A stretch of 64,000 nt of DNA from NCBI RefSeq assembly GCF_963921235.1, contig NC_086108.1, positions 89,220,001 through 89,284,000 on the forward strand. The letters are read 5' to 3'. The DNA comes from Mobula hypostoma. Its lineage: Eukaryota. Numbering within the stretch: the stretch's first letter is position 1; every line of letters starts with the position of its first letter. Shown here in pieces: positions 13,201-23,114 of the stretch. The position numbers were made by a program, and so were the translations under genes. The notes under the pieces are model-generated. The model was not told the DNA's origin. It was given only the letters and a program-made list of their open reading frames with translations, and searched no databases.

Positions 13201-13508
13201 GACCTCTCAGGTATTTGTACACCTTGCCACAGATACAAACTACGCTCATAGTCGATCGTCCACCTGCTTGAGTCATTGCCAATAGGTCCGTCCGATTGGG
13301 ATGCTCATCCTCCCCCCCCCTCTCGAGCATCCCTGGGGGTATGTTTCAGAAGGGTTCTTCGTAGCTTGTTTGGGTGCTCCCTCACAGGAGCTGCAGTTCA
13401 GGGTGCTAGCCCTTGCTGCCCCGTTTGCCGTCTTTCCGTGCTGTCTGCTGTCTCTCCAGCCGTCACCATTCTATTCATGGCCGTCATCCAGACTTTCCTA
13501 CAGGTCAC

Positions 13509-13848
13509 AGAATTCACCTTCTGGTGCTACTTGGACACGTCTTCAGTGATGAACCCTGGGTCATAGGGTGTTTCGGGCCTTTAATCATCAGACAACCTCG
13601 ACTGGGCGACCCAGCCGGGGGTGATCAGCCCCTGACTTGTGTCCAAGTGGCGCACAAATCCACGGATCCCCCTCCGGATCCACAGCCACCGCGAGGCCTT
13701 TTCAGCAGCCTCCAGAATGTTCTCGGTGGCTCTTCTGCACTGCAGTCCTTTAACTCCAAGGAGTTTAGAGTCCGCTGTAATGAATGGCCCGCAAAGCCCC
13801 GGCACCCAACTTCGACTGGCTCACAGCGAGCTCTCCAGCCATTGCTCC
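13509..13848 (-). repeat. Hero terminal repeat unit (upstream copy of the element's 3' end)
   Basis: Direct repeat of 9903-10243, placed 5' of the element's 5' UTR. Contains the ORF C-terminus (ARCEPVEVGCRGF...WLW) and the 3' UTR. Confidence 0.9.
13533..13614 (-). ncRNA. Candidate pseudoknotted hammerhead-like RNA motif (Hero family 1)
   Basis: RNA: CUGGGUC..AGGUUG-UC|UGAUGA-UUAAAGGCCC-GAAA-CACCCU-AU-GACCCAG-GGU-UCAUCA-CUGAAGA. Stem I and stem III pair, but stem II is poorly supported. Confidence 0.5.
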
Positions 13849-13860
13849 TCAATATAATAA

Positions 13861-14131
13861 GGGTAGCATAGCGGTTAGTGCAACACAAATACAGCTCGGG
13901 GCGCTCGAGTTTAGAGCTCAATCCCAGTGTCCCCTCTCAGGAGTGTGTGCAATATACGGGTTTTCTCTGGGTTATCTGATTTCCTCCCTCAGTCCAAAGA
14001 TGTACAAGGTAGGTTAATTGGTAATTATAAATTTTCCTGTGATGAGGTCAGAGTTAAATTAGGTTTGTTGGGGGTTGCTGGGCATTGCAGCTAGAAGGGC
14101 CAGAATGGCCTATTCCATTCTGTATCTCTAA
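13861..14131 (+). mobile_element. tRNA-derived SINE with CR1-like tail (tail resumes at 21671-21700)
   Basis: A-box tagcatagcggttag and B-box-like gagctcaatccc. The tail gaagggccagaatggcctattccattctgtatctctaa continues as atctctaaataaaataaac after the RTE insertion. Confidence 0.7.
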
Positions 14132-14768
14132 GTTATTTGAAATGCTACAGAAAACTCTAGATCTAGATTCAAAAGACCTTCGCCTAATCAAAAATCTATA
14201 CTGGGAACAAACTGCCACTGTAAAAATAGATGGAGAAGTGAGTCAGTTTACAAAAATCAAGAGAGGCATTAGACAGGGGTGTGTTTTCTCCCCTGATTTA
14301 TTTAATGTGTACAGTGAAACAATATTACAAAAAATAAGAGACATCTTGGGAATCAAAGTTGGCGGTGAAAGCATCAATAATTTCAGATATGCAGATAACA
14401 CTGTGTTACTTGCAAGTACGGTGGAAGAACTACAAAACTTAATTGATATAATTGTTGAAGAAAGTGCAAAAATGGTTCTATCTATCAATCGCAAAAAGAC
14501 AGAATGTATGGTGATATCCAAAAAGAAGGAGAATCCTATCTGCAGGCTGAGAATAAACAGGGAAGATATAAAACAAATACAGAATTTTTGCTACTTAGGA
14601 AGCTGGCTGACATCAGATGGCAGGTGCAACATGGACATCAAAAGAAGAATAGGGATGGCAAAAGACACCTTCACAAGAATGAGGAGTATACTGTCCAATA
14701 CTAAACTAGGCATGACAACCTGTCTCAGAGTACGGAAACGTTACTTTTATCCTGTTATGTTATATGGC

Positions 14769-14960
14769 GGGGTGTATGGAGTGTCAGGGAGGGGTAGCGC
14801 CTCTGGTGGGGTAACATGTCGCGTCCTTTTCAAGGCGGTTAGTCCACCTTTGGTCCCCACCTGGCACTCAGCTCTCACCTGTGGCTCCCCGTAGTTGTTT
14901 GCATGCGACAGCGGCCACACCCCGGGCAACGGCTTTGACAAGCCGGCTAAACCAGGTGAG
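14769..14960 (+). ncRNA. HDV-like self-cleaving ribozyme at element 5' end
   Basis: P1 GGGGUGU(14769-75)/ACACCCC(14917-23). P2 CUCACCUG(14874-81)/CAGGUGAG(14953-60). P3 GGC/GCC. L3 UCCCCGU. P1.1 CC/GG(14924-25). P4 CGGCUU/AAGCCG. J4/2 GCUAA with C14947. Confidence 0.85.
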
Positions 14961-15610
14961 GGTGGCTGACGGGTCTCAAACCCTCGGTGAGATAGGGAGT
15001 TGTCTATCCCAGCATGTGAAGACAGACTCTGGCGGATTGAGTGGATAAAACCAATGGAAGGTCCAACGGTCAAGAAGGCGGTCTCTGCAAGCGTCGTGGA
15101 ACGTGTAGAGCAGGACAAGACACAGAAGACGTCCTGGTCATCCACTGCGCCTAGTCCCATCTCCAGCCGTCTCAACTCTGTCTTGCCACTGGATCCAGAT
15201 GGGAATTGGGAAGAGGGAGTGAGGCTGACGCTGCGCAACTCTCCCTCACTTAAATCCTTTCTTTTTAAATCTTTTTATTGAGTAAGTATACAAAAAAGGT
15301 AAGCCATATAAACATTAATACAATGTTAAAGTATAATAAAATTCCAAAAGATAACAATACCAAAAAGAAAATACTACAAACAATGTAATTTAAGCATAAG
15401 AAACCAAGATAACATAATAGTATACTAGATTTTATATATATCAATGGAAAAAAAGAAAAAAAAAACCCCCAAAAAAAACCCACCGTGCAACTAACTAAAA
15501 GCAAAGCAAAGCAATGGGCTAACTTGAAACCAAACAGAGTTAAACTTAAAATCACGTCCTCAATCCCGACCTCCATTAAAACAGTGAAAAAAAAACAAGA
15601 AGGGTAAATA

Positions 15611-18600
15611 TTACATTAAATGAAAATATCGAATAAAAGGTCCCCAAATCTGTTCAAATTTAAATGAAGAATCATAAAGGTTACTTCTAATTTTCTCCAG
15701 ATTCAAACATAAAATCGTCTGAGAAAACCAAAAAAAGGTAGTTGGAGCATTAAGCTCTTTCCAATGTTGTAAAATACATCTTTTCGCCATTAAAGTAAGA
15801 AATGCAATCATTCTACGGGCTGAAGGGGAAAGATTACTAGAAATTTTAGGTAGTCCAAAGATAGCAGTAATAGGGTGAGGAGAGATATCTATATTTAATA
15901 CCTTAGAAATAATATTGAAAATATCTCTCCAAAAAGTTTCCAAAGTAGGGCAAGACCAAAACATATGAGTTAAAGAGGCTATCTGCCCCGAACATCTATC
16001 ACAGAAAGGATTAATATGCGAGTAAAAACGCGCTAACTTATCTTTGGACATATGTGCTCTATGCACCACTTTAAATTGAATTAGGGAATGTTTAGCACAA
16101 ATAGAGGAAGTATTAACTAATTGTAAAATCTGCCCCCAATCATCCACAGAAATGGTAAGCCCCAATTCCTGTTCCCAATCTACCCTAATCTTATCAAATG
16201 GAGCTTTCCTGAGTTTCATAATAATATTATAAATCATAGCCGATGCACCTTTCTGACATGGATTAAGGTTAATTATCGAATCTAAAATATATATAGGAGG
16301 AAGCATTGGAAAGGAAGGAAGTATAGTACTTAGAAAATTTCTAACTTGTAAATATCTAAAAAAATGTATTCTTGATAGGTTATATTTATTAGATAATTGT
16401 TCAAAAGACATAAGGGAACCATCTAAAAATAAATCCAAAAACCGTAAAATACCCTTAGTCTTCCAAGTTTGAAAAGCGCGATCCGTAAAAGAGGGAGGAA
16501 AAAATATGTTACCTAAAATAGGAATCGCTAACCCGAATTGATTAAGATCAAAAAATTTTCTGAATTGAAACCAAATACGCAAAGCATATTTAACGATCGG
16601 GTTAGAGACCTGCTTAAGGCGTTTCGAATCAAAAGGAAGAGATGAACCTAAAATAGAACCAAGTGTATAACCCTGAACAGATTGTAATTCCAATGCTACC
16701 CATTTAGGAATAGATAGTATATCCCGGTCAAGTAACCAAAATTTCATATGTCGAATATTAATAGCCCAATAATAAAATCTAAAGTTAGGTAATGCTAAAC
16801 CTCCATCTCTCTTAGCTTTCTGTAAATGTATTTTACCCAGTCTCGGATTCTTATTCTGCCAAATAAATGAAGAAATTTTAGAGTCGACTTTATCAAAAAA
16901 AGATTTAGGAACGAAAATTGGTAATGCCTGAAACACATATAAAAATTTTGGCAAAAAAAACATCTTAACTGCATTAATACGACCAATCAAAGTTAAATAT
17001 AAAGGAAACCATTTAGATGAAAGTTGAGTAATATGGTCTATTAATGGTAAAAAGTTAGTCTTAAATAAATCTTTATGTTTACAAGTAATTTTAATCCCAA
17101 GATATGAAAGGTAATTATTAATCAATTTAAATGGAAATTTATAATATAAGGGAAGATGTTTATTAATCGGAAAAAGTTCACTCTTACTAAGATTTAATTT
17201 ATAACCTGAGAAAAGACCAAATTGTGCTAATAACTCTAAAACAGCAGGAATAGATCTCTCAGGATTAGAAATATATAAAAGTAAATCATCAGCATAGAGT
17301 GATAATTTATGGGACTTTAATCCCCGAGTTATCCCAGTAATATTTGAAGATTCTCGAATAGCAATTGCAAGAGGTTCTAATGCAATATCAAATAATAGGG
17401 GACTAAGAGGACAGCCTTGTCGAGTACCACGAAAGAGAGGAAAAAAAGGTGAGTTTAAAGAGTTAGTACGAACCGAGGCTACAGGGGAGTGATATAACAG
17501 TTTAATCCAGGATATAAATTTCAGGCTAAAATTAAACATTTCAAGCACCTTAAATAAATAAGGCCATTCTACTCTATCAAAAGCTTTCTCGGCATCTAAA
17601 GAAATAACACACTCAGGAACATTTTGTGAGGGAGTAAGAACGATATTTAACAATGTACGAATATTATAAAAAGAGTAACGACCTTTAATAAAACCCGTTT
17701 GGTCTTCCGAAATAATAGAAGGAAGTACTTTTTCTAGTCTATTTGCTAATAACTTAGAAAAAACTTTAGAATCAACATTTAATAAAGATATTGGTCTATA
17801 AGATGCACATTGAGCAGGGTCTTTATCCTTCTTTAGTATTAAAGAAATTGATGCTCTATTAAAAGATTCCGGAAGTTTACCAAGTTTCAAAGAAGCCTCA
17901 AAAACCTTATAGAGCCAAGGAATCAATAAAGAAGCAAAACATTTATAAAATTCAACAGTAAACCCATCAGGGCCAGGAGCTTTCCCCAGATTCATAGAAA
18001 AAATAACATTCTTAATCTCATCCATTGTAATGGAAGTATCTAATAAAGAAGACATATCCTGTGAAATCTGAGGAAAGTCTAACTTATCTAAAAAATCATT
18101 CATATATTTAGAATCTCGAGGAGACTCTGATTGATATAAAGAAGAATAAAAATCACAAAAGGTTTGATTAATCCCCACATGATCCAATATCAATCGATCA
18201 TTTTGGTTATAAATCTGATTGATTTGAGATTTAACATAATTAGATTTCAATTGATTAGCCAGCAGCTTGCCAATTTTATCACTGTGAACATAAAAATCAC
18301 TTCTTGTTTTCTTTAATTGGTTTACAATCGAGGACGAGAGTAGTAAACTGTGTTCCATTTGAAGTTCAGTTCTTTGTTTGTATAGCTCCTCAGAAGGAGC
18401 CATAACATATTTCTTATTAATTTCTTTAATCTTGTCCACAATTGCCATCTCCTCCTGCTTCTGTTTCTTCCTCAAAGCAACGGAATACGAAATAATCTGA
18501 CCCCGAATATAGGCTTTAAAAGTGTCCCAAAGAGTGTTAACCGAAATATCTTCTGTATGGTTAATTATAAAAAAAAGCTCAATCTGTTCATTCATAAAAT

Positions 18601-19387
18601 TAACAAAGTCCGAGTCCTGAAGCAACAGCGAATTAAAACGCCATTGTCTATTGTTTGGTATATTGGCCATAATTTTAATAGAAAGCTTAAGTGGAGCATG
18701 ATCCGAAATGGTTATAGAATCATAATCACATTTAATCACTGAAGGAATGAGACGAGAATCAATAAAAAAATAATCAATTCTTGAATAGGAATGATGAACA
18801 TGTGAAAAAAAGGAAAAATCTTTTTCCTGAGGATGCAGAAAACGCCAAATATCCGTCGACCCAGAATCAGAAAGGAAAAAATTAATCAAATTTGCAGATT
18901 TATTAGGTAAAGTCCGTAAAGGAGCCGAACGGTCCAAAGCTGGAGATAAACAGGTATTAAGATCTCCGCCCCAAATCAATGAAAACTCGTTCAAATTCGG
19001 AAACTGATCAAACAATGATTTATAAAATTCCGGACAATCCATATTAGGAGCATAAACATTAACCAAAACTACTTTTTTATTAAATAGTAAACCACTAACC
19101 AATAAAAATCTACCATTCGGATCAGAGATAATATCCTGTTGTATAAAAGTAACTGAGGAATCTATAAAAATAGAGACGCCTCGAATCTTAGCATTGGAGT
19201 TCGAATGAAATTGTTGTCCCTTCCAGAATTTGAAAAAACGTAGTCTGTCCCCCCTCCGTACATGGGTCTCTTGTAAAAATAAAATTTGTGCTTTAAGTCT
19301 CCGGAACACTTTAAAAACTTTTTTTCTTTTAATAGGATGATTAAGACCATTAGTATTCCAGGAGACAAAATTAATAATAGACTCCAT
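15611..19387 (-). CDS. L1 ORF2p: APE endonuclease, reverse transcriptase, CCHC domain (1258 aa, uninterrupted)
   Basis: SWNTNGL, LQETH, GGDLN, SRIDYF, SDH; KAPGPDG, YRPISLLN, LDAEKAFD, GTRQGCPLSP, YADD; CDRC..HMFWSC. First ATG at 19387. Confidence 0.95.
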   Translation of the reverse strand: MESIINFVSWNTNGLNHPIKRKKVFKVFRRLKAQILFLQETHVRRGDRLRFFKFWKGQQFHSNSNAKIRGVSIFIDSSVTFIQQDIISDPNGRFLLVSGLLFNKKVVLVNVYAPNMDCPEFYKSLFDQFPNLNEFSLIWGGDLNTCLSPALDRSAPLRTLPNKSANLINFFLSDSGSTDIWRFLHPQEKDFSFFSHVHHSYSRIDYFFIDSRLIPSVIKCDYDSITISDHAPLKLSIKIMANIPNNRQWRFNSLLLQDSDFVNFMNEQIELFFIINHTEDISVNTLWDTFKAYIRGQIISYSVALRKKQKQEEMAIVDKIKEINKKYVMAPSEELYKQRTELQMEHSLLLSSSIVNQLKKTRSDFYVHSDKIGKLLANQLKSNYVKSQINQIYNQNDRLILDHVGINQTFCDFYSSLYQSESPRDSKYMNDFLDKLDFPQISQDMSSLLDTSITMDEIKNVIFSMNLGKAPGPDGFTVEFYKCFASLLIPWLYKVFEASLKLGKLPESFNRASISLILKKDKDPAQCASYRPISLLNVDSKVFSKLLANRLEKVLPSIISEDQTGFIKGRYSFYNIRTLLNIVLTPSQNVPECVISLDAEKAFDRVEWPYLFKVLEMFNFSLKFISWIKLLYHSPVASVRTNSLNSPFFPLFRGTRQGCPLSPLLFDIALEPLAIAIRESSNITGITRGLKSHKLSLYADDLLLYISNPERSIPAVLELLAQFGLFSGYKLNLSKSELFPINKHLPLYYKFPFKLINNYLSYLGIKITCKHKDLFKTNFLPLIDHITQLSSKWFPLYLTLIGRINAVKMFFLPKFLYVFQALPIFVPKSFFDKVDSKISSFIWQNKNPRLGKIHLQKAKRDGGLALPNFRFYYWAINIRHMKFWLLDRDILSIPKWVALELQSVQGYTLGSILGSSLPFDSKRLKQVSNPIVKYALRIWFQFRKFFDLNQFGLAIPILGNIFFPPSFTDRAFQTWKTKGILRFLDLFLDGSLMSFEQLSNKYNLSRIHFFRYLQVRNFLSTILPSFPMLPPIYILDSIINLNPCQKGASAMIYNIIMKLRKAPFDKIRVDWEQELGLTISVDDWGQILQLVNTSSICAKHSLIQFKVVHRAHMSKDKLARFYSHINPFCDRCSGQIASLTHMFWSCPTLETFWRDIFNIISKVLNIDISPHPITAIFGLPKISSNLSPSARRMIAFLTLMAKRCILQHWKELNAPTTFFWFSQTILCLNLEKIRSNLYDSSFKFEQIWGPFIRYFHLM

Positions 19388-20111
19388 AAATCCTAAAGTC
19401 AACCCACGACAAGGAGGATTGACAATAGGCGCGACCCACAAACCCGGAGAGGAAACAGAACATACAAAAGATACCGGGGAAAAGGACGCAACCAGTACTT
19501 CAATAATGTATATAGCCCAAAGAAAAACAAACTAAAACGTGAAGCCCCTCCCGCCACCCCCCAGCCCAACACCCCCAGGCAAAATCTAAAGCAGACCCGC
19601 CCGAAAGAAGCAAGCGCAAAAACTACCCCCATGACTTCCGGTATACGCTCCCTAAAAAAAAGGTATAAATATGAAAAGGATCAGCTAATTGTAAAACAGT
19701 AAAAAAATAAGTAAAAAAAAGTTAGCTCAATTAGAATACACACAGAACAGAACAAAAGCCGGAAAATATATATTAAAAAAAAAACCACAATAAACCTCAA
19801 ACTCATGAATAGACACAGCAACAAAAAAAAATAGGATTATTAACATAAAGTGATTATAAAAAGCAAAACAGAATAAAATTTAAACAAAAACTACAAAATT
19901 TAAGGCCGCACAGGAAATACGTAAGATAACAAAAGGGAAGTAACCACCCAGAATCCCCTGGGAAAAGAAAGAAATGACGCAGTTAAAAAGAAAGTTTAGT
20001 AGCCATATTAAGAAATCGAAAGTAAACTTTTCTGCCCAAATAGGGCACAGAAAAGTTAAAACCAACCAATTCACAGCCTCCGATCAACGGAGAAAATTAA
20101 AAAGAAAGCAA

Positions 20112-21011
20112 TTAAGATGTTGGAGATGAAAGTTGATCCAGATAACTCTGGGCATCCGATGGAGAATCAAAAAAACGAAGGGCTCCATCTGACATGCGAA
20201 TCCTTAGACGTGCAGGGTACAGCAGCGCTGGTCTTAAATCCATCTTATAGAATTCCGACATCACGGATCTGTAACGGACCCGTTGGTCCCAGATTGGTTT
20301 ACTGAAATCTTCCACGAATCGGAACTTAAGATCCGAAAAATCAATGAAACCTTTAGATCGAGCGAATCGAAACAGTCTCTCCTTGTCTTGAAAGTAATGA
20401 AAACGTAAGATAACATGCCTAGGTCTATCTGACCTAGACGAGTATGATGGGATTCTGTGAACACGATCCAGTAGCGGTGGTTGGTCAGGAAATACAGTAG
20501 GGAATGCATCTTTTAAAAGTTGGGAGAAATATTTCATGGGGTTGTTACCTTCAGCGGCTTCCCTCACGCCAATCATTCGTAAATTCTGCCGTCGCATTCT
20601 AGATTCCAAGTCAGAGTTTTTAAAAGTCAAAAAGTCAAGTTTCTTCTTCATTACATTAATTGTTTCTTCGATTTTCCCCATCTTAAGCTCACTTTGTTGC
20701 GCGAATTTTTAAAGATCAGATATAGCCGACTGATGTTCCGCAATAGATGTTTGCATCTTATCAATTAAATCGGCAATTTTCTGGAAATTAGTTGAGATTT
20801 CCGTATGAATCAGGTCTTTAACAAAGCCTGCAATTTCCGTACGAATCATCTCCCTAACAGAGGTTGAGATTTCCCTCTGAATTAACTCCGCTATCGCTTT
20901 CAAAGTCACCGGTGATTCAGTCGGAGGGAGATCCGTAGCTTTCGGTTTAACCGGAGGTTTACCATCCTTGCCGTCTTTCTCGTTCTTAGACATAGCAGAT
21001 CTAAGTTCCAT
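20112..21011 (-). pseudogene. L1 ORF1p (299 codons) with one in-frame TAA at 20709-20711
   Basis: ORFs 20709-21011 and 20112-20681 are in the same frame. Motifs DLESRMRRQNLRMIG, DRVHR, EDFS and LLYPARLRI are typical of L1 ORF1. Confidence 0.88.
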
Positions 21012-22504
21012 CCAGTTGTCGGAGAATTCAGTTTAATTCAAAGTATTGTAAGAGTTGATGCCTTAATGGTTAATTAAAGTATAGCTGACCATAGAGAAAA
21101 AAAACTCAGAGGTAATGGAGCGAGTCAAGAACGCGACTTCACTCCATGAGCGCTACCGGAAGTCTCCCCTCCCTCACTTAAATCCAAGTCATGCGCTAGC
21201 CTCGACACCATCATAATGGTGTCGAGGTCCTCATCGACGTACGATGGACAAACAACATGTTATATGGCTCAGAATGTTGGACAATATCTAGTAACATGAG
21301 GAAATGAATTGAAGCAGCAGAGATGTGGTTTTTGAGGAGGATGCAAAGAATATCATGGACAAAACAAATATCTAACAAGGATGTCATGAACAGAGCAAAC
21401 ACAAAACGAGAAATAATATGAGATCATGAAAAGGCAGCATAACTTCATTGGACATGTGATTAGGAAAGAGGAGTTAGAATGCACGGTAATTAAGGGAAAG
21501 ATTGAAGGGAAGAAAGCAAGAGGAAGACAAAGACAAATGATGATGGAGACAGCAGCCAGAGGACTGGAAATGAATACCAATGAATTGATCCGCTTGACCC
21601 GAAACAGGAGTGTGTGGGCCATGGCAGTCAAAGCTCAAACTGGGCACGGCACCTGATGATGCTGATGATGATCTCTAAATAAAATAAACAAATAAATAAT
21701 ATTGATCTAAACTTGAGGGTAATTTTCACCCTGTCCCCAGCAATTAAAACAGTAAGCAGAATGGTAGATGTTTGCTTTTGTTGCACTAATGATATGCTAA
21801 GATCAAATCCTAACTTGGACCATGCAGTTTTTGATTTTTAGAACATAAAACTTTACAGCTCAGTACAGGTCCTTTGGCTCACAACGTTATGCAGACCTTT
21901 CAACCTACTTTAAGATCAATCTACTCCTCCCTTCCTACGTAGCTCTCCATTTTTCTATCATGTTTGTGCCTACCTAAGAGTTTCTTAAATGTCCCTTTTC
22001 CGTCATAAATGTGTGATGATCTTAGCATTCACTCAGATCATCATGGCCAGATTTGAAACCAGGTTGTAGACAGAAATGGCACCAGAGAAGCTGCAGGAAG
22101 GTGAATGATTTTAATTGTTTAGGGATTCCTTAGCCTTCCATTTCCTCTGATCTCTGTTTCCCTGCAATAGATATAGGATTTTTATTCTATTAAATGCATT
22201 CGCTGTGCATTTTGAAATAACCTTACAAGGTCACCAGTGAGAGATTCCAGTGAGGGCTTATTCAATAAATCCAAAGAAGGAATGGAAAAATTCCAGGCTT
22301 ATCTATAGTGAAGTACATATTTGCTAGGTCAAGTGGCTTTCTCCTGTGTGTAACTATTCTATGATTCTATTATACTACAAAGGAAAATTGGTTTCTGCAG
22401 GACCTGAAAGATGGGCTGATAGTATTTTTTGTTTCTATTTGAATGGGAATAGTGATGGTTGTTCCAGTTTTACATCATATAAAATAAACAGCCAGTGTTT
22501 CAGG

Positions 22505-22635
22505 TTCTGATAAAAGATCTTGTCCTAAACCATCAATTGTTTATTCCTCTCCATCGATGCTGCCTGACCTGCTGAATTCCTCCAGCATTTTGTGTGTGTT
22601 ACTCTGGATTTCAAGCATTTTAATAATCTCTTGTA
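22505..22635 (+). repeat. Penelope-derived short repeat, degraded
   Basis: gatgctgcctgacctgctgaattcctccagcattttgtgtgtgtt. Similar pieces occur at ~35825-35960 (-), ~45800-45870 and ~47775-47880. Confidence 0.55.
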
Positions 22636-23114
22636 TTTAGAAGATTTAGTTGGTTTATGATTAGTTCAAACCACAAGTCCTTGAATGGCCAATGGAAGTA
22701 ATGAGCTCTGAAGCAAAATGATTGGCATAATGGTGAAGAGCTCTGTATGTAATTGGTGAAACAATGATCTTGCTTCTCTTAGCTATATTTAATGTTTCTG
22801 AATGCATTTCCTTAATTAAACCACTCTCTGAATGCAATCAATTGTCACCCATTGACACAGCTCTCATCTCAAACAATGTATTTTTTTGCATTGTGTCTCT
22901 CAGAACTGAAGCCCTAAATCAAGGAGACTACATTTTGACTGAGAGCAGGTCACATTTGGCTTTTCAGAATTGGTTGAAGCAAGCTTCATAAGATTCGTAT
23001 TGAGCTTTTTCTCTCATTGGAAATTGCACATGGATCACTTCCCTGCATATAATAATAAACTTGAATTTGACTTTGATGTAGGAGCACAGACTTATATAAC
23101 CAAATATTCAAGAA

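Larger units (their letters stand above)
9903..13848 (-). mobile_element. Hero/NeSL-type (R2 superfamily, RLE) non-LTR retrotransposon, near full length, with ~340 bp terminal direct repeat
   Basis: Frameshifted ORF pieces: N-terminal Zn finger (CICGK..RGLKIH...C), RT (QKGG.PG.PGC.EH, LWL.LTNAYGS.PH, AFMDDL at ~11660-11690), CCHC (CQLCQKRGTLEHILSC) and RLE (ELTVPWED, PVEVGCRGF). Confidence 0.88.
15258..21168 (-). mobile_element. Full-length young L1 LINE
   Basis: Perfect 17-bp TSD ctccctcacttaaatcc (15241-15257 and 21169-21185). AATAAA at 15274-15279 plus A-rich tail. ORF1 and ORF2 present. Confidence 0.95.
14769..21256 (+). mobile_element. Non-coding RTE-type short retroposon, family A, copy 1 (~560 bp, split by L1)
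   Basis: 12-bp TSD atgttatatggc at 14757-14768 and 21257-21268, (aac)n tail. A near-identical uninterrupted copy lies at 29899-30465 (-). Confidence 0.9.
14132..21670 (+). mobile_element. 5'-truncated RTE-clade LINE (pieces 14132-14768 and 21257-21670)
   Basis: RT motifs GIRQGCVFSPDLFN, RYADNTVL and FCYLGS, C-terminus GKIEGKKARGRQR, (tga)n tail. 8-bp TSD atctctaa at 14124-14131 and 21671-21678. Confidence 0.88.

Noticed and set aside
13545..13600. Conventional type I hammerhead using the first CUGAUGA directly upstream of GAAA
   Set aside because: Stem I and stem II do not pair in that register, and family 2 has UUGAUC there instead, so the re-wired reading was preferred.
9903..13848. LTR retrotransposon suggested by the 340-bp direct repeats
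   Set aside because: No TG..CA termini, PBS, PPT or integrase. The repeat includes coding sequence and the protein is a non-LTR RT-RLE.
14085..14894. 269-aa ORF as one protein
   Set aside because: It is a chimera of SINE tail, RTE RT fragment (YADN, catalytic Asp lost) and the ribozyme-SINE 5' end.
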